Shown: positions 1 to 9,748, numbered from the stretch's first letter. The stretch is 14,916 bases of DNA from an uncultured Gemmatimonadales bacterium (GCA_963779755.1 CAVZZO010000002.1:1-14916); one strand, 5' to 3'. Translations and numbers: made by a program. The notes: a model not told the origin generated them from the letters alone.

Positions 1-1272
1 GTCCGCCAGGTACATCGAAACCGGATCGGTGGTCTTCTCGCCGGCACGGAAGGCGGTGGTCGGGGTGGTCGGGGTGAGAAGGAAATCCACCCGGCCGGGC
101 ACCAGCAGCTGCTGGAAATCGCGGGCAATGAGGGCGCGAACCCGCTGAGCCCGCCGGTAGTAGGCGTCGTAGTAGCCGGCGCTCAGGACGTAGGTCCCGA
201 TCATGATGCGCCGGCGCACCTCCGCCCCGAACCCCCGGCCGCGCGTGGCCCGGTACAGCGCCCGGACATCGCCGCCCTCGGGCTCGACGCGCGCGCCGTA
301 GCGCACCCCGTCGTAGCGCGCCAGATTGGCCGCCGCTTCCGCCGGCGCCAGCACGTAGTACGTCGGCACGGCGAACCGGGTGTGCGGCAACGAGACCTCC
401 TGCACGGTGGCGCCCAGCTCGCGCACGGCGGCGATGGTGCGGGACATGGCCGCGCGCACCCCGGCGTCCAGATCGGGCGGGAAGTACTCGCGCGGCAGTC
501 CCAGGGTGAGCCCCCGCAGATCGTTGAGCGGGGGCACCGGTTCCGTCGGCGGCCGGTCGAGGGTGGTCGCCTCGCGCGGGTCCTCGCCGCTGATCACGGC
601 CAGCACCCGCCCCGCATCGTCCACCGTGCGGCCGAAGACCGACACGCAATCGAGCGACGAGCCGAATGCCACCAGGCCGTAGCGGCTCACGCGCCCGTAG
701 CTCGGCTTCACACCCACCACGCCGCAGAAGCTGGCCGGCTGCCGCACCGAGCCGCCCGTCTCCGACCCCAGCGCGGCCGGCACGGCACCGCTCGCCACCA
801 GCGCCGCCGAGCCGCCCGAGCTGCCCCCCGGCACCCGGTCGGGATCGAGCGGGTGTTTGACCCGCCCGAATGCCGAGTGCTCGGTGGATGACCCCATGGC
901 GAACTCGTCCAGGTTGGTCTTGGCAGCAATGAGGGCACCGGCCTCGCGCAGCCGGCGGACCACCGTTGCATCGTAGGGCGAGACATAGCCGTCGAGGATG
1001 CGCGACGCGCAGGTGGTGGGCGCATCGGTGGTCACGAGGTTGTCCTTGACGGCCACCGGCACTCCGGCCAACGGGAGGTTGGACCGGGCCGCCGGTTCAC
1101 TCCCGTCGACCCATGCGGCCTGGGTTCGCAGCAGCTGCTCCGACCAGTACAGGCTGGCATTGAGGCCGCGGGCATCGGCCTCCGCCAGCCGGGCGGCGCA
1201 GGCCCCGGCCCGGGCGGCGGCGGTGTCCTTCCCGCTGCCGACGGCGGCGGCGATAGCGGCGACGCCGGTCAT
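1..1272 (-). CDS. gatA: Asp-tRNA(Asn)/Glu-tRNA(Gln) amidotransferase subunit A (3' end outside window)
   Basis: Manual translation from ATG 1272 is in frame to base 1: LAGVPVAVKDN, KTNLDEFAMGSSTEHS, amidase signature PGGSSGGSAA and LGSETGGSVRQPASFCG, ending MYLAD at the edge. Start overlaps the gatC stop (ATGA). Confidence 0.95.
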   Translation of the reverse strand, partial: MTGVAAIAAAVGSGKDTAAARAGACAARLAEADARGLNASLYWSEQLLRTQAAWVDGSEPAARSNLPLAGVPVAVKDNLVTTDAPTTCASRILDGYVSPYDATVVRRLREAGALIAAKTNLDEFAMGSSTEHSAFGRVKHPLDPDRVPGGSSGGSAALVASGAVPAALGSETGGSVRQPASFCGVVGVKPSYGRVSRYGLVAFGSSLDCVSVFGRTVDDAGRVLAVISGEDPREATTLDRPPTEPVPPLNDLRGLTLGLPREYFPPDLDAGVRAAMSRTIAAVRELGATVQEVSLPHTRFAVPTYYVLAPAEAAANLARYDGVRYGARVEPEGGDVRALYRATRGRGFGAEVRRRIMIGTYVLSAGYYDAYYRRAQRVRALIARDFQQLLVPGRVDFLLTPTTPTTAFRAGEKTTDPVSMYLAD

Positions 1273-1564
1273 TCTTCCTCCATGGCGCCGAGTCGCGGCA
1301 CGACAAAGAACCCCTCGCGGAACTCCGGTGCCATCTCCCCGGGGCCGCGGGCCAGCGGCTCCGGCGCGACCACGTCAGGCCGCAGCTTCAGCGACTGCGG
1401 CCCGGGCCGGAAGGGGGGTTCGTCTCCGATTCGACCTGTTCCAGCTCGGCCACGAAGTCCACGATGCGGTTGAGCTGGTCGACCAGGGCCGGCAACTCCT
1501 CTTCAGTGACGCCCAGCTCGGCCAGATGGGCCACGTGCAGTACTTCCTCGCGCCCGATGCTCAT
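1269..1564 (-). CDS. gatC: Amidotransferase subunit C, with an apparent 1-nt deletion near 1411-1427
   Basis: ATG 1564 gives MSIGREEVLHVAHLAELGV...QLNRIVDFVAEL. The C-terminal half (LRPDVVAPEPL...MAPEFREGFFVVPR) is in another frame. Span is 296 nt, one short of 99 codons. Lies directly upstream of gatA. Confidence 0.9.
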
Positions 1565-3834
1565 GCACCCTCCCAGTCGCGCTCGAGGCCGGCATAGGCC
1601 ACGAGCAGCTGTTTGACTCCGTGTTCCTCATCGTCGAATGCCACCCGCACCTTGAGATCGCGGCCGGCGCCGGTAAGGCCCTGAATGGTACCGCTGCCGA
1701 AGCGGCGGTGCCGGACGCGCTCGCCCTTGACGAAGCGGGGCGTATCCTGGGAGACCTCCTCGGGCGGGAGGGCGGCCGGACGGGACGGCGGGAGAAAGTC
1801 GTCCGCGTCCCAGGCGCCGCTCCAGCGGGAGCGCCCGCCGGCGTACCGGCTGCCGGACCCGCGGCCCGACAGCGAGAACGAGAGCGCGGTCTTCTTTTCC
1901 TCCACCACGCCGGGCGGCAGCGACTGCAGGAAGCGCGATTGCCGGCCCGGCCGGACCTCCCCGCCCCGCCGCCGGGTGCGGGCCCAGGTGAGGTAGAGCT
2001 TGTCGCGCGACCGGGTAATGCCCACGTAGCAGAGCCGTCGTTCTTCCTCTTCGCCCTCCGGCTGCTCGATCGAGCGGGCCAGCGGGAAGAGCCCGTCTTC
2101 CATGCCCGCCATGGCCACCACGGGCCATTCCAGCCCCTTGGCGGTATGCAGGGTCATGAGCGTGACGCCGCCCGCATCGCCGCTTACGGTATCGGGGGCG
2201 GCCACCAGCGCCGCCTCGGCCAGGAACCGCTCCAGCGGAGTCGAAGTCTCTTCCGGGTCGGCGGTAATGACCTCCGACCAGTCCGCGGCGGCGGCGACCA
2301 GCTCGCGGACATTCTCCCAGCGCTCGGCGCCTTCGGGACCCTCGGCCATGAGCACGTCTTCGAAGGCGATGGCGTCGATCACGTGCTGCAGCACCAGCGC
2401 CGGGGCCAGGACGGCCGATTCCTCCCGCAGGCGGCCCAGCAGCTGGGCGAACTCGGTCAGGGCGCGCCGCACCCCGGGCCGCAAGCCGCTGATCCGCTCG
2501 GCCATGGCGGCGGTTTCCAGCAGCGGCTTGCCCCACTGGGCCGAGGCTTCGGCCAGGGTGCGCAGACTGGTCTCGCCCAGGCCGCGGCGCGGCACGGCGA
2601 CCGCGCGGAAGAAGGCTTCATCGTCGGCCGGGTTGGCCACCAGCCGCAGGTAGGCCATCAGATCCTTGACCTCGCGCCGCTCGTAGAAGCTGATCGCCCC
2701 GATGATGCGATAGGGAATGCCGGCGCGGCGGAACGCCTCTTCCAGCGCACGCGACTGGCTGTTGGTGCGGTAGAGCACCGCCATGTCGTGGTATTCCCAG
2801 TCGCCCTGGCTGCGGCGGGTGGAGAGCTCGCGGGTGAGCCAGTCGGCTTCGTCGCGCTCGTCGGCGCAGCCCACCAGCGTGACCGATTCCCCGCCCTGCC
2901 GCCGGGTGCGCAGGGTCTTGCCCAGGCGGCTGGTATTCTCCGCGATGACCCCGTTGGCCGCATCGAGGATGACCTGGGTGGAACGATAGTTCTCTTCCAG
3001 CCGGACCACATGCACCGGCTCGAAGTCGCGCTGGAAGTCGCGCATGTTGCCGACGTTGGCGCCCCGCCAGCCGTAGATGGACTGATCGTCGTCGCCCACC
3101 GCGCAGACGTTGCCGTGCGCGCCCATCTGCCGCACCAGCTGGTACTGCGCGATGTTGGTATCCTGGAACTCGTCCACCAGCAGAAAGCTGAACCGCTCGC
3201 GCCAGGCGGCCAGCCGGTCGGGCCGCTCGCGGAAGAGCCGGAGCGGATGCAGCAGCAGGTCGTCGAAATCCATGGCGTTGGCCGACTGCAGCGCCGGCCC
3301 CAGCGCGCTGTAGACATCGGCGGCCACCTGGGCCAGCCGGTCCCAGGAGGATTGCCGCGCCAGGTCGTCCGGCGTGGTCATCCGGTTCTTGGCGCTGGAG
3401 ATGATGGACTGGACCGCCCGCGGGGTGAACTGTTTGGTGGAGTGGCCGCGCTGGTCCATCAGCCGTTTGATGAGGGCGAGCTGGTCGTCCTGGTCGTAGA
3501 TCGTAAAGCCGCGGGTAAACCCCAGCGCCTCGGCCTCGCGGCGGAGGATGCGGGCCGAGAGCGCGTGGAAAGTCCCGATCCACAGGCCGCCGGGGTCGCG
3601 CCCCAGCAGGCGCCCGACCCGGCCTTTCATCTCTCCCGCCGCCTTGTTGGTGAAGGTGACGGCAAAGATGCGCGCGGCGGGCACGCCCAGGTCTTCGATC
3701 AGGTGGGCGATGCGGACGGTGAGCACGCGGGTCTTCCCCGAGCCGGCGCCGGCCAGCACCAGAATGGGGCCATGCACGTGTTCTGCCGCTTCGCGCTGGG
3801 CGGGATTGAGACTGTCGAGCAGCGTAGCAGGCAC
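1561..3834 (-). CDS. pcrA: UvrD/PcrA-family ATP-dependent DNA helicase
   Basis: LNPAQREA, Walker A LAGAGSGKT, TFTNKAA, VDEFQDTN, VGDDDQSIYGWRGA, LEENYRST, TLHTAKGLEW, EERRLCYVGITR, C-terminal Tudor-like GERVRHRRFGSG. GTG 3834 chosen because GAGG precedes it and it follows the kinase stop. Confidence 0.93.
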   Translation of the reverse strand: MPATLLDSLNPAQREAAEHVHGPILVLAGAGSGKTRVLTVRIAHLIEDLGVPAARIFAVTFTNKAAGEMKGRVGRLLGRDPGGLWIGTFHALSARILRREAEALGFTRGFTIYDQDDQLALIKRLMDQRGHSTKQFTPRAVQSIISSAKNRMTTPDDLARQSSWDRLAQVAADVYSALGPALQSANAMDFDDLLLHPLRLFRERPDRLAAWRERFSFLLVDEFQDTNIAQYQLVRQMGAHGNVCAVGDDDQSIYGWRGANVGNMRDFQRDFEPVHVVRLEENYRSTQVILDAANGVIAENTSRLGKTLRTRRQGGESVTLVGCADERDEADWLTRELSTRRSQGDWEYHDMAVLYRTNSQSRALEEAFRRAGIPYRIIGAISFYERREVKDLMAYLRLVANPADDEAFFRAVAVPRRGLGETSLRTLAEASAQWGKPLLETAAMAERISGLRPGVRRALTEFAQLLGRLREESAVLAPALVLQHVIDAIAFEDVLMAEGPEGAERWENVRELVAAAADWSEVITADPEETSTPLERFLAEAALVAAPDTVSGDAGGVTLMTLHTAKGLEWPVVAMAGMEDGLFPLARSIEQPEGEEEERRLCYVGITRSRDKLYLTWARTRRRGGEVRPGRQSRFLQSLPPGVVEEKKTALSFSLSGRGSGSRYAGGRSRWSGAWDADDFLPPSRPAALPPEEVSQDTPRFVKGERVRHRRFGSGTIQGLTGAGRDLKVRVAFDDEEHGVKQLLVAYAGLERDWEGA

Positions 3835-3835
3835 G

Positions 3836-4993
3836 TCAAACCTCACAGAGCGGCAGCCGGATCAGAAAACTGGCGCCGGTCTCGGTCGCTTCAAGCATCA
3901 ATTCTCCGCGATGAAAGTCCTCAATAACCCGGCGGCTCAGGGCCAGTCCGATACCCCAGCCGCCGGTCTTGGTCGTAATACCGGGCTCGAACAGGGTCCG
4001 GCGGATCTCCCGGCTTACGCCGGGGCCGTTGTCGCGCACCCGCAGCTCGGCGCGATCATCCCGGCGGGTGGCGCTGATGGTAATGGCGCCGCTCCGCCCC
4101 CGCAGCGCGTCGATGGCGTTCTTCACCAGATTTTCCAGCGCCCATTCCAGCAGCACCGGATCGCCCAGCACCCCGGGCCCGGTGCCGGCGGCGTCCACCC
4201 GCAGCTCGATCTGATTGGCATGCCGCGGCAGGCGGGGCCGGAAATACTCCGCCACCTTGGCGGCGAGCGCGCCCAGCTGTACCGGGTCGCGCCGGGCGGG
4301 GTGGCCGATGCGCTCGAACCGCTGTGCCACCCGCTCCAGCCGCTCGGCGTCGGAGGCGAGGTGATCCGCCAGATTGGGCGGCGGACTCTCGCGGGAGCGG
4401 ATCTGCTCCACCCATCCCTGCAGACTGGTGAGCGGGGTGCCCAGCTGGTGCGCCGCCTCGCGCGCCATGCCGGCCCAGAGCCGGTCGCGCTGCGCCGCCA
4501 TGGCGCTCTGCCAGGCCAGCGCGCCGACCCCCAGCATCACGAGCACGGTGAGGCCCTGAAGCACCGTCAGCGTGATCAGCTGGCGTTTGGCGGGCAGGGT
4601 GCCGTAGTGCACCGTCCCGATGGACGGCTCGACCAGCGGCGCGTTGATCCGGTCGAGCGACAGCGCATAGGCCCTGACGCGGGGATCGTCCAGCTCGCTC
4701 TTGAACGGGAGGTTGTCCGCGGCGGTCACCTGCCCCGAGTCGTTGGTCACCACCACCGGGATGCCGATTCGCTGGACCTGGCGGCCGATGTCGATCAGCG
4801 CGTCCACCTCGGCGCCGGGCTGGGGGTTGTTGAGGGCCGCGAACACGCCGGAGAACAGCCGGCCCACCGACGCGGCCTCCTGCCGGAAATGCCGCACCAT
4901 GATCACGCCGGAGGCCACGCTCAGCCCCGCCAGCAGAGCCACCAGGAGCACCACCAACACCGGTGCCCAGCGGCGAATCAGGTCCCTACGCAC
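3836..4993 (-). CDS. Membrane-bound sensor histidine kinase
   Basis: Two hydrophobic segments, H-box AREAAHQLGTPLTSL, N-box LENLVKNAIDA, G1 DNGPG, F-box FEPGITTK, G2 GWGIGL. Start GTG 4993 overlapping the serS end is inferred. Confidence 0.9.
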   Translation of the reverse strand: MRRDLIRRWAPVLVVLLVALLAGLSVASGVIMVRHFRQEAASVGRLFSGVFAALNNPQPGAEVDALIDIGRQVQRIGIPVVVTNDSGQVTAADNLPFKSELDDPRVRAYALSLDRINAPLVEPSIGTVHYGTLPAKRQLITLTVLQGLTVLVMLGVGALAWQSAMAAQRDRLWAGMAREAAHQLGTPLTSLQGWVEQIRSRESPPPNLADHLASDAERLERVAQRFERIGHPARRDPVQLGALAAKVAEYFRPRLPRHANQIELRVDAAGTGPGVLGDPVLLEWALENLVKNAIDALRGRSGAITISATRRDDRAELRVRDNGPGVSREIRRTLFEPGITTKTGGWGIGLALSRRVIEDFHRGELMLEATETGASFLIRLPLCEV

Positions 4994-6269
4994 CGGGGGT
5001 GAGGCGCTCGACACCCACGTAGGGCCGGAGCGCCTCCGGCAACAGGACGGAGCCGTCGGCGGCCTGGCCGTTCTCCAGCAGCGCGATGAGCGTGCGCGGC
5101 AGGGCCAGGCCGGAGGCATTCAGCGTGTGGACGAACTCGGGCTTCGCGCCCGGGGCCGGCCGGAAGCGGATATTGCCGCGCCGGGCCTGGAAATCGGTGA
5201 ACGTGCTGGCGCTGGAGACCTCGAGCCAGGTGCCCACGCCCGGCGCCCAGACTTCGAGGTCATAGGTGGCCGCCGACGCAAACCCGGTATCGCCCGCGGC
5301 CAGCAGCAGCACGCGGTAAGGCAGCCCCAGCCGCTGCAGTACGGCCTCGGCATGGCCGGTGAGCCGCTGGTGCTCGGCCGGCGATTCCTCCGGCCGCACC
5401 AGCCGGACCAACTCCACCTTGTCGAACTGATGGACCCGGATGAGCCCCCGGGTATCCTTGCCGTGCGCGCCCGCTTCGCGCCGGAAACAGGGCGTGTACG
5501 CGGTATAGGCGACCGGCAGCCGGTCGCCGTCGAGAATCTCGTCCCGGTGCAGGTTGGTGAGCGGCACTTCGGCCGTCGGGATGAGATAAAGCCCGTCGGC
5601 CGGGACGGTATAGAGCTCCTCGGCGAATTTGGGGAGCTGCCCCGTGGCGGTCATGGTGGCCTGGTTCACCAGAAAGGGTGGCGCCACCTCGGTATAGCCG
5701 TGCTCCCGGGTGTGGAGGTCGAGCATGAAGTTGATGAGCCCGCGTGCCAGCCGGGCGCCCAACCCGGTGAGGACGGGGAACCCGGAGCCCGCCAGCCGGG
5801 CGCCCCGGGGCAGATCGAGAATGCCCAGGGCGGTGCCCAGCTCCCAGTGGGGTTGCGCCACGAAATCGAACGCAGGAGGCTCGCCCCAGGCGCGCACCAC
5901 GCGATTGGCGGCGGCATCGCCGTCGGGCACCTCCGGCAGCGGAAGATTGGGGATCCCCAGCAGCAACCCTTCCAGCTCGGCATCCAGATCGCGCAGCCTG
6001 GCGTCCTGGGCTTTCACCGCCTCGCCCGAGCGCTTCAGCGTCGCCAGCAGGTCGTCGGCGGGCTCGCCGCTGCGCTTGCGGCGCGCCACTTCCTCGCTGG
6101 CCGCGTTGCGCTCGGCCTTCCGGGCCTCGGTCTCCACCAGCAGCTCGCGCCGGGCCCGATCGAGATCAAGAATGCGATCGAGCGCGGCCTCCAGCGACGG
6201 ATCGGCCCGGCGCAGCAGCGCCGCCCGGAACCCGGCCGGATCCTGACGCAGGCGTTTGACGTCAATCAC
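4986..6269 (-). CDS. serS: Serine--tRNA ligase
   Basis: N-terminal coiled coil, TGQLPKF, YLIPTAEVPL, motif 2 CFRREAGAHGKDTRGLIRVHQFDKVEL, EVSSAS, motif 3 HTLNASGLALPR. Confidence 0.97.
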   Translation of the reverse strand: MIDVKRLRQDPAGFRAALLRRADPSLEAALDRILDLDRARRELLVETEARKAERNAASEEVARRKRSGEPADDLLATLKRSGEAVKAQDARLRDLDAELEGLLLGIPNLPLPEVPDGDAAANRVVRAWGEPPAFDFVAQPHWELGTALGILDLPRGARLAGSGFPVLTGLGARLARGLINFMLDLHTREHGYTEVAPPFLVNQATMTATGQLPKFAEELYTVPADGLYLIPTAEVPLTNLHRDEILDGDRLPVAYTAYTPCFRREAGAHGKDTRGLIRVHQFDKVELVRLVRPEESPAEHQRLTGHAEAVLQRLGLPYRVLLLAAGDTGFASAATYDLEVWAPGVGTWLEVSSASTFTDFQARRGNIRFRPAPGAKPEFVHTLNASGLALPRTLIALLENGQAADGSVLLPEALRPYVGVERLTPGA

Positions 6270-6278
6270 GGGATGGGG

Positions 6279-6842
6279 TTACTCCGAAGGAAGGCCCGGT
6301 TCGAGCCCGCGATAGCCGCAGTTGTTATCGGACAGGTTCTGGAACTGAATGGTCCGCGCCGTGAAATCGATATTGAGCACCTCGATCTTGGCATACTCGG
6401 GCACCGACCCGCATACCAGGCGCGAGCGGACGAAATACACCTGGCCCACGGTGGCGGTCACCGTGTCGTCGGTGATATAGCCGTTGCTCTCGGCCAGGGT
6501 CACCTCGGCGAAGCTCTTGGGCGTCGGCAACAGTCCCGGCTTGAAGGTGAGCGAGCCCAGCACGTTCAGCGCGGCCAGCGGCACGAAGATGGCGCGGGGG
6601 GCGTTGTTCACCGAGTCGATATCGAAGACGAACTCGAACTGGGAGGTCTGATCGGTCCGGACCGCGTGGTCGATCACCGAATAGGCGCTGGGCGCCTGGA
6701 CCGGTGTCCCGTGCAGCGCCGAGAGCGTCAGGGTGTCCACGATGTTGGAGAGCGTCGGCGGCGCCAGGATGTTGTTGTTGCAGGACAGCACGCCTGCGGC
6801 CAGGGCCAGCAGGGCCGAACCACGGAGTAGGATGCGGGGCAT
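6279..6842 (-). CDS. Hypothetical lipoprotein
   Basis: From ATG 6842: MPRILLRGSALLALAAGVLS-C (basic N-region, hydrophobic core, lipobox Cys). Stops 9 nt before serS. Confidence 0.75.
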   Translation of the reverse strand: MPRILLRGSALLALAAGVLSCNNNILAPPTLSNIVDTLTLSALHGTPVQAPSAYSVIDHAVRTDQTSQFEFVFDIDSVNNAPRAIFVPLAALNVLGSLTFKPGLLPTPKSFAEVTLAESNGYITDDTVTATVGQVYFVRSRLVCGSVPEYAKIEVLNIDFTARTIQFQNLSDNNCGYRGLEPGLPSE

Positions 6843-6895
6843 AGTGAGCGGAAGGTTAGTGGCCGCGCGGAAGTGGGTCAACCCACCGTCATTGC

Positions 6896-6924
6896 TTGAC
6901 TTCGAGGCTTTCGCCCCGTACGTT
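6896..6924 (+). promoter_or_regulatory. Putative sigma70-type promoter for the roadblock-manC run
   Basis: TTGACT (6896-6901), 17 nt spacer, TACGTT (6919-6924) in the divergent intergenic gap. Confidence 0.55.
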
Positions 6925-6955
6925 CACCAGCGTTCATTCTCCCGGGAAAATTCGC

Positions 6956-7309
6956 ATGGCCGGACTGCGGGATGTGGTGCAGGCGTTGCTGGACCGGGAC
7001 GGTGTCGACGCCGTCCTGGTCAGCAGCAGCGACGGCCTGCCGATCGACCACGCCACCCGCAACGGCGCGGACCCCGAGACTCTCGCCGCCCTGCTGCCCG
7101 CGCTGGCGCAATCCGCCGCGCAGCTCGGTTCCGCCGCCAACTGCGGCAGCCTCACGACCGCGATTCTCGAATTCGGCGAACGCCTGGTGGTGCTGACCCG
7201 GCTGACCGACGATGCCAGTCTGCTGCTGCTGGCCGCCGCCGGCGCCGATCTCGGTCCCGTCCTGTACGATCTTCGCCGCCACGGCCCCGCTATCGCGGAG
7301 CTGCTGTGA
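6956..7309 (+). CDS. Roadblock/LC7 (MglB-like) domain protein
   Basis: 117 aa from ATG 6956 with roadblock pattern DGVDAVLVSSSDGLPID, DPETLAAL, GSLTTAILEF, ADLGPVLYDLRR. Confidence 0.85.
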   Translation: MAGLRDVVQALLDRDGVDAVLVSSSDGLPIDHATRNGADPETLAALLPALAQSAAQLGSAANCGSLTTAILEFGERLVVLTRLTDDASLLLLAAAGADLGPVLYDLRRHGPAIAELL

Positions 7310-7385
7310 CGGCACCCTGGCATCGGGGCTCCGCCCGGCTCCTCACGCTCCCGGTCAATCCGCAGTCCTGCCGTCCTGCCGCCCT

Positions 7386-8414
7386 ATGAAATGGGCCGTC
7401 ATCCTGGCGGGCGGCTCCGGCACGCGTTTCTGGCCGCTCAGCACGCCCTCGCATCCCAAACAACTGCTGCCGCTCACCGGCCAGGGCTCCACCGCCCAGG
7501 CCGCGGTGCGGCGGCTGGAAGGCCTGGTCCCGCCGGAACGGATCCTCCTGGTGACGGGGGCGGCCCTGGCGCCGCAACTCGGCGCGTCCCTCAAGATCCA
7601 CCCGGGCAACCTGCTGGTCGAGCCACGCGCGGCCAGTACCGGTCCCGCGCTGGTCTGGGCCACCGCGGAAGCCCGGCGCCGCGACCCCGAAGCGGAGGTC
7701 CTCTCCCTGCACGCCGACTGGCACGTGGCCAATGCGGCTGCCTTCAGGCGCTCCGCGGCCCTGGCGCTGGAGGCTGCCCGCCGGTACGACCGGCTCATTA
7801 CCGTCGGCGTCGTCCCCGACCGGCCGGACACCGGCTACGGGTACATCATTCCGGGCGAGCCGCTAGGCGATGGCGTGCGTTCGGTCGAGCGCTTCACCGA
7901 GAAGCCCGATGCCGATACCGCGCGCCGGCTGGTGACGCAGGGCGCCTTGTGGAACACCGGGCTCTTCGCCTGGACCGCCGGCCGGCTGCTGGAGGAAGTC
8001 CGGCTCCATGCTCCGGAACTGGCGCCCTACCTCTCCATGCTGGATCGCGGCAATATCGCCGGTTTCTTCCAGGGCGTGCAGCCGGTCTCTATCGACGTCG
8101 GCGTCTTCGAGCGCAGCCGCCGGATCGCGGTGCTGCCGGGGGCATTTCCCTGGGATGACGTGGGCAACTGGGAGGCGCTGCACCGGGTGCGGCCGTCGAA
8201 CGCCGACGGCAACGTTCTGGTCGGACCGGTCTATGCCGCGGAGAGTTCGGGCTGTCTCTGCTGGTCGGAAGACGAACCGGTAGTGCTCGACGGCGTGCGC
8301 GATCTCGTAGTGGTCCGGGCCCACGGCCGCATCCTGGTGATGCACCGTTCCCGCGCGGCCGACCTGAAGCAGGTGCTCGACCGATTGCCGCCGGAGGTAC
8401 GGAACCTGACGTAA
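7386..8414 (+). CDS. manC: Mannose-1-phosphate guanylyltransferase (GMP domain only)
   Basis: AVILAGGSGTRFWPLSTPSHPKQLL, LHADW, PDTGYGYI, FTEKPD, WNTGLF, SIDVGVFE, WDDVGNW. No C-terminal isomerase cupin domain. Confidence 0.92.
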   Translation: MKWAVILAGGSGTRFWPLSTPSHPKQLLPLTGQGSTAQAAVRRLEGLVPPERILLVTGAALAPQLGASLKIHPGNLLVEPRAASTGPALVWATAEARRRDPEAEVLSLHADWHVANAAAFRRSAALALEAARRYDRLITVGVVPDRPDTGYGYIIPGEPLGDGVRSVERFTEKPDADTARRLVTQGALWNTGLFAWTAGRLLEEVRLHAPELAPYLSMLDRGNIAGFFQGVQPVSIDVGVFERSRRIAVLPGAFPWDDVGNWEALHRVRPSNADGNVLVGPVYAAESSGCLCWSEDEPVVLDGVRDLVVVRAHGRILVMHRSRAADLKQVLDRLPPEVRNLT

Positions 8415-8420
8415 CAAACG

Positions 8421-8540
8421 GGACTGAGACAAAAGGACTGAGCGGAAAGAGTATGGTACCTTGATGTTTTGTCGCTATGAACTCAGCGCTCTTCCACTTT
8501 TCTCCCCGTCCTTTTTCTCTCAGTCCTTTCGTCTCAGTCC
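8421..8540. repeat. Intergenic inverted repeat built from GGACTGA-type units
   Basis: 8421-8442 GGACTGAGACAAAAGGACTGAG versus reverse complement of 8519-8540 GGACTGAGACGAAAGGACTGAG (21/22 identical). Confidence 0.85.
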
Positions 8541-8569
8541 TTCCATTCGGACCAACAGAGCCAACAGGA

Positions 8570-9748
8570 ATGAATCCGGCCCTCTACCTCCTCGATCCCC
8601 CACCCAGCGCCGAGTGGTTCCCCTTTGCGGGGGTGCGGCCGATCTCGGAGATGCAGGCCGGGGTGTGGAAGGTCCGGGAGCGCTGGGAACAGGCGGTGGG
8701 CCTCGAGACCGCCGCGGTCCTGGGCGATGCCATTGCCGGGTTCACGGAGCTCGACGCGCCGCCCTGCCGTCCGCTGGGGCCGGTCGCAGGGCCGGCGGTC
8801 GTTGCCGATGCCCGCTTCGCACCGGCGGGCGAGCCGCCGGCCCTGGCGCGGGGCGCGCGCCGGCTGGAGCACGAGGGCCGCACGGTCGCCTGGCTGGTGG
8901 CCACGGGTGAACGGTGGGTGGCTCCGCATGCGAACGGGCCGGCCGCCGGGGTGACCGGCCTCTGGATGGCCGGCGCCTGGGATCTGGTGACGGCGCTGGA
9001 GCAGCATCTCACGGGCGATGTGGCCGCGCTGGTGCCGGAGGATGAAGGCGGAGCCGTGCCGGCCGCCTCCCTCGTGCTGGGCGATCCGTCGCTCGTCGTC
9101 TGCCGGGACGCGCAGGTCGAGCCGGGAGTGGTCTTCGATACGCGACATGGCGCGGTGGTGATCGATGGCGCCGAGGTGCGCCATGGCACCCGGCTCGAGG
9201 GCCCGCTCTACGCCGGCCAGGGGGCCCGCCTCCTGGGGGGCTTCCTCCGGGCCAGTGTCTTCGGCCCCTGCAGCGTGGTGCGCGGGGAAGTCTCGAACAC
9301 CGTGTTCACCGGCTATGCCAACAAGGCGCACGACGGCTTTGTGGGCCACAGCGTCCTGGGCCACTGGGTGAACCTCGGCGCCGGCACCACCACGTCCAAT
9401 CTGAAGAACACCTACGGCAGCGTCTCGCTGGGTGCCGGGGAGCGGCGGATGTCTACCGGTCGCCAGTTCCTGGGCAGCCTGATCGGGGATCACGCCAAGA
9501 CGGCGATCGGCAGCATGCTCAGCACCGGCACCTTGATCGGTGCCGGGGCCAGCGTCTTCGGGGCCGGACTCATTCCCCGGCGGGTGCCGCCCATGAGCTG
9601 GGGCGCGACCGGCACAGAGCGCATGCGGCAGGATGGATTCCTGACCATCGCGTCGCGCGTCATGCCCCGGCGCGAGGTAGAATTCACCGACGAACGGCGC
9701 GAGTGGCTCCGGACGATGTACGAGCGGGTGATGAGTGAAAAGGAGTGA
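8570..9748 (+). CDS. GlmU-like putative sugar nucleotidyltransferase/acyltransferase (left-handed beta-helix C-terminus)
   Basis: PFAGVRPISEMQAGVWKVRERW at the N-terminus; LEGPLYAG, RGEVSNTVF, ANKAHDGFVGHSVLGHWVNLGAGTTTSNLKNTY, GSLIGDHAKTAIG. Start at ATG 8570, after the repeat. Confidence 0.85.
   Translation: MNPALYLLDPPPSAEWFPFAGVRPISEMQAGVWKVRERWEQAVGLETAAVLGDAIAGFTELDAPPCRPLGPVAGPAVVADARFAPAGEPPALARGARRLEHEGRTVAWLVATGERWVAPHANGPAAGVTGLWMAGAWDLVTALEQHLTGDVAALVPEDEGGAVPAASLVLGDPSLVVCRDAQVEPGVVFDTRHGAVVIDGAEVRHGTRLEGPLYAGQGARLLGGFLRASVFGPCSVVRGEVSNTVFTGYANKAHDGFVGHSVLGHWVNLGAGTTTSNLKNTYGSVSLGAGERRMSTGRQFLGSLIGDHAKTAIGSMLSTGTLIGAGASVFGAGLIPRRVPPMSWGATGTERMRQDGFLTIASRVMPRREVEFTDERREWLRTMYERVMSEKE

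Noticed and set aside
1621..3927. 768-aa plus-strand ORF
   Set aside because: Antisense shadow of pcrA, expected in high-GC DNA; no recognisable motifs.
3548..6830. 484-aa and 709-aa plus-strand ORFs
   Set aside because: Antisense to the kinase, serS and lipoprotein genes, which carry the credible protein features.
8477..8569. N-terminal extension of the GlmU-like ORF
   Set aside because: Translates the inverted-repeat arm (FSPRPFSLSPF); ATG 8570 is more plausible.
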